Positions 26,576 through 38,596 of a stretch of DNA of 64,000 bases are shown piece after piece. The notes under the pieces are model-generated. The model searched no databases, was not told where the DNA came from, and worked only from the letters and a program-made list of their open reading frames with translations. The position numbers were made by a program, and so were the translations under genes. The stretch is from the NCBI RefSeq assembly GCF_000143415.4, contig NW_003314334.1, positions 699,614 through 763,613 on the forward strand, read 5' to 3'. Position 1 is the stretch's first letter. The number at the start of each line of letters is the position of its first letter. Source of the DNA: Selaginella moellendorffii (taxonomy: Eukaryota; Plantae; Lycopodiophyta).

Positions 26576-29500
26576 TAAACTGATGGATGTGGGGAGAGAA
26601 GGTAAGATGTGAGAGAAGAGATATGAGGCAGATGGTAACAAATCCTCCGTACTCTCATGAGCTTATAGTACGTCCTAACAGGTCTGTTTCGAGGAGCTCT
26701 GGTCCGTTCCTGTTCCTCATCCGTTCCGTGCCACCTGACCTTGTATCTCCCAGTGTGCTTTCGGTTGCAGCATAGGCTGCCTGTCGGAGGAGACAAACTC
26801 CGGCGCAGGAAAAAACTCCGGGAGCTGGTCCGCAAAAGCTTGAGATCCGACACGTCGAAAACGTTATGTAGGTGCGACCCCGGTGGTAATGCCAACTTAT
26901 AGGCGAGCTCCTTGATCTTTTCGAGTATCCTGAGTGGGCCGAAGAATCTGGGATGGAGCTGTGACTACACGAGGAGATTCCAACCGTTGCCCAATCAGCC
27001 GCTGCATCTTCCTGATGGCTTCCACTTGGTCACTGACGTCGTTTGATGAAGTGGGAGTTGTCATCAAGATCGGAAGCTACTGGTATGGAGACATACTGAT
27101 GGTTGAGTGCCGAGCAGTGTTGTAGGCAAACTCCGCGAATGTTCCCAGCTGGTCCACACGTATCCCCAATGTCTCAAATCGTCCGTCCCGTCTGACCATC
27201 TGTCTGGGGATGGTAGGCGGTGCTGAAGCTCAGTGTTGTCCCTAACGTTGTGAAAAGGTCTTTTCAAAACTGGCTGAGAAACCTGGTGTCTCGGTTGGAG
27301 ACGATTTCGCTTGGAACGCCATGGAACCTCACCACCTCCCTCCAGAAGATCTCTACCACCTTCTTTGAAGCTGAGGACGAGAGCTGGCGCTGATGGAGAA
27401 GGTAAATGCTTGAGAAGACCAGGTGTTGCGACTATCTCTGGACACTCCCTGATCCAAGTGCGTATCTCACACTCCATTCCTTTCCACACGACCCCGGATG
27501 CCCCGCGAGAATGCCTTGGTGAAGATGATCTTGCGGAACTCGAGTAGAATCCTTCCTTTCTTCTAGAGCAAGCCGTCATGGAAGGAAGTCTTCGCATCGT
27601 TGAAGTTGTTGTCTCCTTCGAGTGGTCATCGTTGGATTAGCCCTCTATGATTTCTGGTGTGACAACTGGCCTCCGGCTTTTCAAACATCCTTGAGAGCGC
27701 ATCAGGGACGACGTTTGTTTTCCCTGGCTTATACTCAATCGTGAAATCGAGTGATTGAAGCTGCCTCTGCTTTTTGTTAAGGCGAGGCTGCTCGAGAAGA
27801 AATTTCATACTGAAGTGATCCGTGCGACCTCGCGCCTCCACTTTGTCAATCATACGCCGGCTGGCGAGACTCCACTTCCAAGAATCTTTTGCTCTCGAAC
27901 TTCAAGATCGCTCCCACTCCTGCATCCGAGGCATCGTCTCCACGATGAACTGCTTCTCAAAGTCTGGAAGTTGAAGAATCGGAGCCGAAAAGTTCGAACG
28001 ATGACTGTGCGTTCTCGTCCCACGAAAACCTGCCTGCACGAATGATGTCCGTCAGAGGCGACGCAACGGAAGCATAGTGCTCCACAGACTTCCAGAGGTA
28101 GTTGCAGAGCCTGAGAAAAGCATGGAGCTACTTCATGGTGGTGAGAGACCTCTCATCGCCTCCATTTTTGTTGGATCGGCTCGCATTTGGCCCGCTCGTA
28201 TCCGGAAGCCTAAGTACTTCGCTTCTTGCTTGGCAAAGCAGCATTTTGAGAGTTTGACGATCAGCGCATGATCCTCTAGCACTTGCAAAACCTCGTCGAT
28301 GTGTGTAAGGTGTTCTTCCCAGGATCGACTGTAGACGAGGATGTCGTCGAAAAATACAATGACCGATCTTGTTCATGACAGACTGAAAGGTGGCCAGGAT
28401 GGTGAGCCCTCACCTTAAACTGGTAAAACCCCTCTGTGAGTCTGAAATGCTGTCTTCATCCTGTTTTCTCTGCCATGGATATTTTATAATATGCAGATCG
28501 CAAATCTAGCTCGGAGAAATAAGTTGGGATGGGGAGTGACGTTGTTGAGCTGTCTGTAATCAACGCACAGTGCCGTCACGTTTTAGCACCAAGATTATTG
28601 GTGCCGTGTAAGGACTGAAACTGTCCTCTTTAAGAGATTGTCCATGAGCTCCTTGATCATCTTATCCACCTCCGGTCGCTCTACATGGCTCACCTGAATG
28701 AAAGTCGTGACGATCCCTTGCTCGAGTTGGATCTTGTGCGTGATTGCTTCATGAGCACAAACTCGGTTGAGGAAGACCCTTGAATACTTCCTTGCCACCT
28801 CACGAATGGCTTCCGTGGTGTACTGCTTCCTCCAACGACCTGGTTCTCTCTGGTTCCCCTCCCCTGTGACTGGAGAAGTCGGAACTTGGTACATGGTTGG
28901 ACCTTGCAGCTAGGCCTGAGAAAGCTGAAGATGTCGTTTCGAAAGGATCTCTTCTGGTTCCCATCCATTGGAAGAAGAATCCCTGTTTCTGAATCATACG
29001 CCATGGGACATCCTCCTCTCGCGATCAACCCCCGGCATTGTCCAGCGGTTGCCCGTGTCTTCTTTCCAATGTCCACTCCCCCCTCCAGACGATCTTCCTC
29101 CCCTGGTGATTGAAGGAGAGACGATGCTCATCAAAGTTGACGAGAATGTCCCCAAAGAGGCGAGGTGTTTCGATGCCCAGGATGAAGAACTCTCCTTTCA
29201 CTTGGTGACCACCAATGAGCATCGAGCATGAGACCCGGGCAGACGCCTCGATGACTCCCTTGTCCGCTATCTCCACCTCTAGAGGAGTCTTCTGTGGACG
29301 CGCTGCGAGCTGCAGCTTAGATAGAGAATGTTGGTTGACGGTGTCACTCCCGAGTCAATTAATGCGAATGCTTCCTGCTAATCGTTCCTTTGACTCGGAA
29401 ACAAGTACCCGCAGCTTTTCCCATAAAGGCCGGATAGGAGATGCATGGCTTCGCCACAGAAAGTTCTCCCTCAAGCCCCGCGTCCTCCTCTTCTCGCTGC

Positions 29501-30152
29501 TCCTGAGGCCAATGTGGTACATCCGTCTACAGGACTAAGATATCCTTGTCATCTTTTGCATTCTCCCAAGTGCACGGAATGAGGTCCCCCTTGTCCGAGA
29601 CCTGGAATTGCATCACCACGAACTTTGTTTTCGACGTCAGTTGTCCTCTATGCGCCTTGCAAACTTCCCAATGAACATTTCCCAAGCTTGAGGTCATCGC
29701 TTCCCTTTACTTGCATTGTTTCCGCTGATCGGGGGTTGGCATACCACTCTGGGGTGGCTCCGGCCCTCGTTGTCTCCTTTGGTGGCCCTTGCCTCCATCG
29801 GCCGGAAAGACGAGCTTCCCACTCGTGGAACTTGAGATCCGTGTTTAATGCTAATGCCATCGCTTGCTGGACCGAGCGAGGAGATAGCTGAGCTATTTCG
29901 GTTGCCATTGCGATGCTAGGTAACGTTGCATCAAAGCATCCTCCGGGATGTTGGTCACCTCGTATCTCGCCTTAAGCCACGTCTCGTTGAATTCCTGAGC
30001 GTCTGGGACTTGAATCTGTACACCATTCCGCAGAGTTTGTTGAAGGGAAGCTCCCCCACGGACTTGATGATAATGCTCCGGAATCCTTTGCTTGAACTCC
30101 TCCCAACTTGGAAGCCTGGTTTTACAGTCTCAAGCGAGAAGGGACTCGGTCT
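26575..30152 (-). mobile_element. Chromovirus-type Ty3/gypsy element, 5'-truncated, riddled with deletions
   Basis: Protease LIDSG, RT VFFDDILVYS, RH IEYKPGKTNVVPDALSR, integrase [25 protein letters not shown] and chromodomain-like YKVRWHG. Confidence 0.9.
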
Positions 30153-30446
30153 TGTCATCATAGCTCAGCTACATAGAAAATATTTAGTTTACCAGCATAA
30201 TAAAGAAAAGAAAAGAGAACTTGATATACCACTACCGTATTCTCTTTAAGTGCAGCATCCATCTCAAAAACGTGTAGCTTGACAGTTGGGATTGTTATCA
30301 TGCTTTGTGTGCCACCTCCAGACTTGCAATTGTGGAGGGTGCTCCATTCATATGCAGTTCAGTTAACATTTTGCATGTGACACGTGTTGCAACACTTTTT
30401 TCTCTCGCCTCAGGCAAATGGCTGCCTCCAGAGCAAACATCAACAT

Positions 30447-30763
30447 GATTATTGCTAAGATGTGGTTAAAGAAATAACCTTTCTACAATTAACCCCCATC
30501 AGACGGCTGCAATTGACTGGATCTGGCAGCCCAAAAAGTTCAGCACTCCTTCCTTTTCATGTTATTTAAATAACCTATATAGGATTACCTATTAGGGCTT
30601 GACAGATTATTGCTAAGATGTGGTTAAAGAAATAACCTTTTTACAATTAATCCCCAATCAGACGGCTGCAATTGACTGGATCTGGCAGCCCAAAAAGTTC
30701 AACACTCCTTCCTTTTCATGTTATTTAAATAACCTATATAGGATTACCTATTAGGGCTTGACA
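30447..30763 (+). repeat. About 158-bp tandem duplication immediately upstream of a family A gene
   Basis: Units 30447-30604 and 30605-30763 nearly identical. Confidence 0.95.
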
Positions 30764-30771
30764 GCTTGGGT

Positions 30772-31626
30772 ATGGAGATTACTAGTAGGAGCATTCCATT
30801 GTGGTGGTTCTTCTTACCTGTCAATTATCATGACCTGGGCAATTAGTTTCTATGACTTCACCACTTATATCACATTTTATCCTCCAAAGTGGAATTGCCC
30901 AAGTGGTGTTCTTTATTGTCAAAGAGACTGCAATGCACTAAACCCTGGCTACCATTGGGGTGTTACATCAAATTACATGGCCTATGTGAAAATTGGGCCA
31001 AAATACTCTGCCATCCGATATTGGCAGCTTGTTTGCTTCACTCATCATGTATATACTTTTTTATCAGTGGGCTATATTACTGGAGGTAATATTAGAACAG
31101 CTGTATAAAATATTATTGCTAAACTGATTTTACAGTTATTGTTGGAATCGTTACTCTCTTCCACTACAGGTGCTTTATGCTAGTTAGTATTTTTATTGGA
31201 GCAGCTAGTGCATTAGCTAGCACATATGTCTCAAATTGCTCCTGGTTTATCATTTGGCAAGTTTTATCTGCAACAGCACATTCTTGTGCAGGAACATCAG
31301 CCGTAATGAGATGGTTCATGGAATCACCTTATTTTATTGGTTGGAAAAGATGGCTTTTTCCAAATCATGGGTTTGCCGACTGCCAGGGGGGAGATTACAA
31401 CCTTATAGGTGAAGTAATTGGTGAATATCCTATATGGTCTATTTGTGTGCCAGGTTGCATACCTATCACTTTTGTATGTAAACATCTATATCCAGACTGG
31501 AGGTGGGGAAACAGGATGGTGTGTGTCATGGACTCTATTGTTGTTGTGGTGTTAGTGGGAGAAATGTTAGGACGAGTTTTGATGAACAAAAGAAACAGTG
31601 GGAGAGTAGCAAATGTTTCCAATTAA
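30772..31626 (+). pseudogene. Family A gene with a 2-nt deletion near codon 16 (exons 30772-31085, 31136-31626)
   Basis: Same 50-nt intron as the 49322-50178 copy; exon 1 is 314 nt rather than 316 (CCTGTCA vs CCTGTTTCA); the rest is open from MTWAIS. Confidence 0.75.
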
Positions 31627-31781
31627 GTGTGTAATATTAAAGAGTTTGAACTTTGGGCTGGTTAAAATGAGAATTCACGTGCCACCACAGATAATGAAAG
31701 TGTTCACAGGTTTTTTTTAACATATAGCAGCATAGACAAGAAATCACCTCTAAACATTAAACATTGCACACCCTCTAAATG

Positions 31782-31786
<5 letters not shown>

Positions 31787-31832
<46 letters not shown>
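31787..31832. repeat. (GA)23 microsatellite
   Basis: Direct reading; lies 3' of the family A gene, like the (CT)n at 49095. Confidence 0.98.
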
Positions 31833-31836
<4 letters not shown>

Positions 31837-31859
31837 CCCAGTCTAGAACACCAGTGCTT

Positions 31860-32070
31860 TATGCCTTAAGAAGTTCTTCAAAAGATATCTTCCAAAGACA
31901 ACCTCACTGCTAAGGACTTCTATGTACTGGTGTGGTTTTGGTTTTTGGTGCTAGGGTAATTCTCTCTTTTCACATGCTGGAGAAGATTCATTTGAGCGCT
32001 TTTCTTCTGGCGTAGATACATGGCTACTTGGTTTACCACTTCTGTTTGTTTGGCTCTTTCTTTTTTCCGA
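31860..32070 (+). pseudogene. Short 5' fragment of family C
   Basis: GGTGTGGTTTTGGTTTTTGGTGCTA...GCTGGAGAAGATTCATTTGAG matches 46615-46740. Confidence 0.6.
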
Positions 32071-32071
32071 G

Positions 32072-32490
32072 GGCTAAATTATTCTGCAATTTAATATTGG
32101 CAACTTCCTTGCTTCACTCCATATCTATATACTTTGCTATCACTGGGCTATGTGGCTGGAGGTAAGCTAGATTTATTTATGGATAATTGTTAAGCAATTT
32201 GTTTCAGTTGTCTGCTACTTACTTCAAATACAAGTTATCCATGCTAGTTAGCTTTGCTATTGGAGGAGCTCACATATGTTTTACATTCATTGCTTTACAA
32301 GTAGCACATGCTTATGCAGGGACATCATCAAATTATGAGGTGTAGATAGAGATACAGGAATGCACTGAGGACGAATCTATACCATATGTTTCATATCAGG
32401 TATATTTACTTTTTACCCTTGATCCGGTATTTATCATATGGTTATGTTGATAATGGATATTGGATATATAAAAATATTCTGATGCTCTAG
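32072..32490 (+). pseudogene. Family A remnant (duplicate of 23080-23490)
   Basis: Nucleotide near-identity; WQLPCFTP and VAHAYAGTSS. Confidence 0.65.
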
Positions 32491-32749
32491 TAACTTTTTA
32501 CTTTAGCAGCTTTGGTTAAAAACCAAGTGTTAGTAACATATGTCGTATCCATAATCTCGCTCATTGATTCTATAGACATTGCACTGAGGATGAGTATTGG
32601 ACCAGAGGATATGCCAAGCAGGGCATATGCTAAAAGGAATTTATTGTATTCTTTTCATTGAAGCGTTTGTAAATTTCTATTCGATCAAATGCCTAGCTGT
32701 AATCCCAGCCATTGCCAAGATGAGGCAAATGGGTATAATTAAGGCTTTT

Positions 32750-34040
32750 TACGACCGAGAAAGGTCTCGTGCTGTCGGAGATTTCGTGCAAATCCGGAAT
32801 TTGGTGGAGGTTTGAGACGATGGCGACGAGGAACTTGGCTATGCCTTGTAGAAGAGGTCAAGAGGATGTTTTTCCGGATGCCGGACTCTCGTGTCCTGGA
32901 ATTGCCTACATCAATCGCCGCCGCCTATGCCCACGGGATCCACCAGCAAATGCCCGCAAGGGACTTGATATGCTCGTCGCGATGCTCGGCCAGGCTGGGA
33001 GAATGGAGGACGCGCTCATGATCCAGCACAAAATGCCGAGATATGGAACGTTTTTACCTGGAACGCGATCCTCTCGGGCTACGCCATCCAATGTCGTTTG
33101 ACAGCATCCCGGACGAGATAGTGAATTGCCAGTGCTGGACGAGTTTGATGCACGCTTACGCTCGCAATGGCCGTGTGATCGAGGCTCGAGCTGTTCTTGC
33201 CGCAATGCGCACGAGAGATCTTGCTGCCTGGAACTTGATGATGGAAACATATGCCCAAAAAGCGCATTACAGGGAAGCCATCCACGACCACGCTCGATGG
33301 CGGAGTGAGGATCGATCTCGTCTCGTTCATCACCGTCCTCTCGGCCTGCAAGATCCCAATCGCCCGCGATCAGTTCGTGTCTATGGTCGCCTATGATCGC
33401 TGACTATGGCATCGTTCCAATGGGATCACTACTCTCGAGAGATCGGAAGGCTTTGCGACGCCGAGAGTTTGCTCGAGACGATGTCTTTCGTGCCTGCCTG
33501 CCCTCTCCCATCGGCGGATTGGTGGAATACAAGAGATGGATCGCCGAAATCCATCCAATGCCGCCGAGGTCTTAGTTCATCCCGGCTCTTCGATCGAATG
33601 CCCCATCGCGACGCTTTGCCAGGGAGCAATCCAAGAGCCTCCTATGCCACAGTGGAATCTCGTGTCCTGCAACGATCCTACATCCGGAGCTCCAATCTCG
33701 GCCAAGTGAAGAAGATCTTCGTTTCCATGCCGGATCACCGTGGTCTCTTGGAACTCGCTCATTACACTGTATGCTCAGTCCGGGCATCTTGCGCTCGCCA
33801 AGAACACGTTTGATGGGATGGCGTTCCGCGATCTTGTCTCGTATATGTGGCAGCCTCCCGGATCCGCGACTGCCAGGCTATGTTCGATCGCGTCTCAGAG
33901 TGACAGGGAACTCGATGATCACGGAGCTCGCGCACCAGGGAGAATGCCGGCCAAGGATCTCGTGTCATGGACGAATCTACTGCTGTGCTACGCCCAGAAT
34001 GGATTCCTGGAAGACTCAGACAGGGCTCGCCAACGGAGTG
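32750..34040 (+). pseudogene. PLS-class PPR pseudogene (duplicate of 23750-25030)
   Basis: Same PLS motifs and shared lesions. Confidence 0.9.
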
Positions 34041-34208
34041 GGATTTGGCCACCTTATTTGTGTTTTAAACTACAATAATATCAGGCTCACTGGGAGAAGT
34101 GGCAAGGATTTTCCCCATGTCCCCCTCGCACTTTGACAGTACTTCAAATCCTTTACAAACTTTCGCATTAACCACATAATATTACACAAAAGAAGCCATA
34201 TTTCTTTC

Positions 34209-35059
34209 TTAATCGGAAACATTTGCTACTCTCCCACTGCCTCTTTTTTTCATCAGAACCCGTGCTACCATTTCCCCCATTAACACCACAACAACAATAG
34301 AGTCCATGACGCACACCATCCTGTTTCCCCACCTCCAGTCTGGATATAGACGTTTACAGACATAAATTATAGGTATGCAACATGGCTCACATAAAGAAAG
34401 TATAGGATATCCACCAATCACCTCACATATGTGGTAATGATCTTGCCCTTGGCGGTCAGCAAATCCATGATTTGGAAAAAGCCATCTTTTCCAGCCAAGA
34501 AAACGGGGTGTTTCTATGAACCATCTCATTATGGTTGATGTTCCTGCACAAGAATGTGCTATTGCAGACAAAACTTGCCAAACGATAAACCAGGAGCGAT
34601 TTGAGACATATGTGCTTGCTAATGCACTCACTGCTCCAATAAAAATACTAACCAGCATACAGCACCTGGAGTGCATCAGAGAAACGATTCCAATAATAGC
34701 TGTAAAAAACATCTTAGAAATAATATTTATGAGACTGTCTTACCTCCAATAATATAACCCACTGATAAAAAAGTATATATGTGGTCAGTGAAGCAAACAA
34801 GCTGCCAATATCGAATCGCAGAGTACTTTGGCCCAATTGTTACATAAGCCAAGTAATCTGACGTAAAACCCCAATGGTAGCCAAGGTTTAGTGCATTGCA
34901 GTCTCTTCTACAATAGAGAACACCACTTGGGCAGTGCCACTTTGGAGGATAAAAAGTGATGTAAACGGTGAAATCATAGAAAGTAATGGCCCAAGTCATA
35001 ATAATTGAAATAGGTAAGAAGAACCACCACAATGGAACACTCTTACTAGTAATTTCCAT
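34209..35059 (-). CDS. Family A OCT/SLC22-derived membrane protein, 268 aa, exons 35059-34744 and 34699-34209
   Basis: 44-nt GT-AG intron gives an uninterrupted 807-nt CDS. Confidence 0.75.
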
Positions 35060-35754
35060 ACCCAACCTCTCAAGCCCTAATAGATCCTATGCAAAAAGAA
35101 AGGAATTTAAGCACAAGAATCCCTTTACCGGGGTTAAACACTTCCACAACGATTGAAGCAAAATCGATGTCAAGAGAACGTGGAAACACTCACCGGACAG
35201 TGTCTTTCAGCTGCTGTCATTGAATAGATTCTTGTACAAACAATTCTCCGGCTTGGAAGCAAGGAAAATCTTCTGAGTGAAATCAAAGACGAGGATCCCG
35301 CACACCAAAACCTGGCGATATCGTGAGCAGCTGGCACGGCATCGTCGTCCCACACAGCTGATTCGCCATCCAGAAATTCACAGCCTCTGTGAAGAAATAT
35401 TGCTCAATCACAAGAATGCCAGCTCAGCTTAGAGCGGGACGTGAGGATTTGCTGAATACCGCGGGATTCCCAGTCGCGATGCAAGCATCCATGGCGCTGG
35501 AGATTTAGAGTAGGGGAATATCCAAAGTAAACTGACGGAAAACTTGCAAGTGATCAACCTCATCACTTGCTTGAAGTTGATCTGCAATGTTGTATATGGC
35601 AAGTCTTTTTAGTGTATCTCGAGCGTTGATAAAGTTCTTCTGATGCGTAACTCCATAGTCTATCATCAAGGTGATCGCGAGAGCGAGTGAATTTTTAACC
35701 CAGGTGCCAGGCCAAAACTCGACATCCATCATCCCGACAGTGCTTAAATTCCTT

Positions 35755-36918
35755 AAACTGATGGATGTGGGGAGAGAAGGTAAGATGTGAGAGAAGAGAT
35801 ATGAAGATGGTAATAAATCCTCCGTACTCTCATGCGCTTATAGTACGTCCTAACAGGTCTGTTTCGAGGAGCTCTGGTTCGTTCCTGTTCGTCATCCGTT
35901 CCGTGCCACCTGACCTTGTATCTCCTAGTGTGCTTTCGGTTGCAGCATAGGCTGCCTGTCGGAGGAGACAAACTCCGGCGCAGGAAAAAACTCCGGGAGC
36001 TGGTCCGCAAAAGCTTGAGATCTAAAACGTTATGTAGGTGCGACCTCGGTGGTAATGCCAACATATAGGCGAGCTCGTTGATCTTTTCGAGTATCCTGAG
36101 TGGGCCGAAGAATCTGGGATGGAGCTGTGACTACACTAGGAGATTCCAACCGTTGCCCAATCAGCTGCTGCATCTTCCTGATGGCTTCCACTTGGTCACT
36201 GACGTCGTTTGATGAAATGGGAGTTGTCATCAAGATCGGGGAAGCTACTGCACGTCCATAAAGCGCCTGGTATGGAGACATACCGATGGTTGAGTGCCGA
36301 GCAGTGTTGTAGGCAACACTGCTCCCGTTGAATGGTGGTACTTGGAACTCGAAAGGTCGGCGCATAACTCCCTCGACCTGGTCACTGCAGCTCCCAAGAC
36401 CCGCAAGCTGTCGTCCATATCTTCCTGCCGATCGGATATGCACCTTATCATCTTCTCTTGTGCTGATAAAACATCAAGACTAAACCTTGGTAAATCCCCT
36501 GAAATCGCCACCTTCGGCCTCCTCTATGGTGCTGCCATTGCCCGCCTCACACCAAGGAAGAACAAGGGTATATAAATTCCCTCCCTCCCATTATCCACGA
36601 CCAGTCCAGAGCACCAAAAACTGTGAAAGCGAAACGAAACATCCCGGCCGCTTTACCTGATAGCCGACCTCCAACGACTGGTCTCCTTCACGACCTCGAG
36701 CGTGTGTCCCACGATACCACTGTTATCGAGCAAGGGAGAGGGAAAAGAGATCCGAAGGAAAGCTCCACGCCGAGCATGAGATGGGGAGATGTGAGCGTGA
36801 GAGCGGTGAGGAAGGACTGCAGGGAGATAAGATGAGAAAGACAGTAATATACTCTTTCCCTCTGTTCCCAGTTTTAAAAGTACAAACAGCTAACTGAAAC
36901 TGAATTTCCCCTTTAACA
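35755..36918 (-). mobile_element. Chromovirus copy with large internal deletion; 5' LTR 36721-36918
   Basis: LTR TGTTA...TAACA, PBS TGGTATCG, gag start fused directly to the integrase C-terminus near 36320. Confidence 0.88.
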
Positions 36919-37185
36919 TCGAAAGCTTATCCAGTGCCTAACGTGTCAAGTTTTAGCTTTCAGGAAATATGGAGCCATGATTTTTTTTTGTTTCTTCCTT
37001 GTTTTTCTTGAGGCCCGAGCTAATGGTATTTTGAAAGACTCGGTCAGTTTTTGTTCCTCATTCGTTTGCTTTTCTTCCATGCAAACGTTCCAAAGTTCTC
37101 ACAATCGATCTTCAACACTAAACCATGGTGGAAACTCTTAATTTGCTTCCAACCAAAGACTTTAAATTTCTTTTCCAGATTTCGA

Positions 37186-37341
37186 TGTTAAAGGGGAAAT
37201 TCAGCTTTAGCTAGCTGTTTGTGAACTTTGAATAAAGATGCTTTTAAAATTGCATCAGAACACGTATGGACGGGGGAACAGAGGGAAAGAGTACGAAGGA
37301 TATATTACTGTCTTTATCTGTCTGCAGTCCTTCCTCACCGT
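37186..37341 (+). repeat. Partial chromovirus LTR, head-to-head with 36721-36918
   Basis: Starts TGTTAAAGGGGAAATTCAG with the same TCGA flank. Confidence 0.85.
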
Positions 37342-37359
37342 TTTGTTTTTTTCTCATAG

Positions 37360-38596
37360 GCTGCCAGCTATCACAGTTACACTCACCTTGAGTTTAATGT
37401 ATTCTTTGAGAGACTTTGTATGTACGGGTAAAGAAGTCAATGGTACGCAAGCCTCTGTTCATGCTTGTACTGAAATAGTAAAACAAAATTTTCTTGCTGC
37501 TTTCTGCAGTCACTCATACCTGGAGCAATAACACGGATTTCCCTGAAGCGACTGGTCTCCAAGACCGGTTTGTTAGAGAACTTATTGTAGAGGCTTTGTT
37601 CGCGAGCAATCTTTTTCAGCTGTTGTCGCTGGTTTACGCTCCCAGGAAATGGGGATTAGCAGGATGGGCGCCCTCTATCAAGGACGGTACCGCAGGTAAG
37701 AGAGCTGTTGCTAGAAACTTCTTGTGTCTTTGTTGCTAATCCAGACACTGGATTGATTCGGATTATGCTGGGTACGATTGCTCTGACAATTACTTGCGAG
37801 TCCAGTCACGTTAGTTTGCTGTTAGTCTACATGGCTTGTTGCTTTTTCTGTTCGTGTTGCCATCTGGCCTGCCTAAGAGCATGGCGTACATGGACTGCGA
37901 GCCAGAAAACATCGAAGACGTGACACGAGCGCTTGATGCAAAACACTGTAGCTTGCGGAGAGCAGATTGTCCTAGCAGCGGTTGACGTGGTTCGTGGACA
38001 ATCTGAGAGTGCAGAAGTTCTATTCTACTTCAGAATCGGTGTTTGCAGTCACTTGCAAAAAGCAGGGAAGTAGCCAATTCTCTCAAATCCAAGTCATTTG
38101 TATTAGAAAAAGATACAAGAAGACTTTCTACTTTATATTCTTGTACTAGAAGAAGAAGAAGACCGTATTCGCGAACATAGCACTCACAGCTCCTCCTGCA
38201 TGGGCATAGTCCTTCTCCCAATGGGAGAAAACTCCCCAAAACAAAGCAGAAATTAGAGAACACACGGAGAACACGACGTACAGAGGTGACCGTGGGAAAC
38301 CAAGCCGAAGAACTCCGCGCAGGCCAAGAGGAAAGGCTGATGCTACGACGTAGATTCCCGCTGTGACCCAGATGCGTGGCGGCTGGTGCTGAAACGCGAG
38401 CGAAAACCCAGGAGACGCAAGACTGAGCACCAGCGAAGAACACAGTATCGCGACTCCTCGTCCCCGTTCAGCAGGCAGCTTGGCAATCACCGTGAACAGC
38501 CCAAACACACAGAAGAAACCTGAGAATGCAGCGACGAAGGCCGACACGATAACCAAGTGGTGGTAGTCTATGCGATCGCTGTTCCACTTCTCCACA
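37360..38596 (-). pseudogene. Family B remnant (more divergent 3' part)
   Basis: ORF 38146-38595 EKWNSDRIDYHHL...WGVFSHWEKDYAH is paralogous to 51058-51762. Confidence 0.7.

Larger units (their letters stand above)
23080..27130 (+). repeat. Segmental duplication unit (family A remnant, PPR pseudogene, family A gene, unknown remnant, chromovirus 3' end); direct copy at about 32072-36315, partial inverted copy at about 61800-64000
   Basis: Collinear near-identical sequence with shared junctions. Confidence 0.92.
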
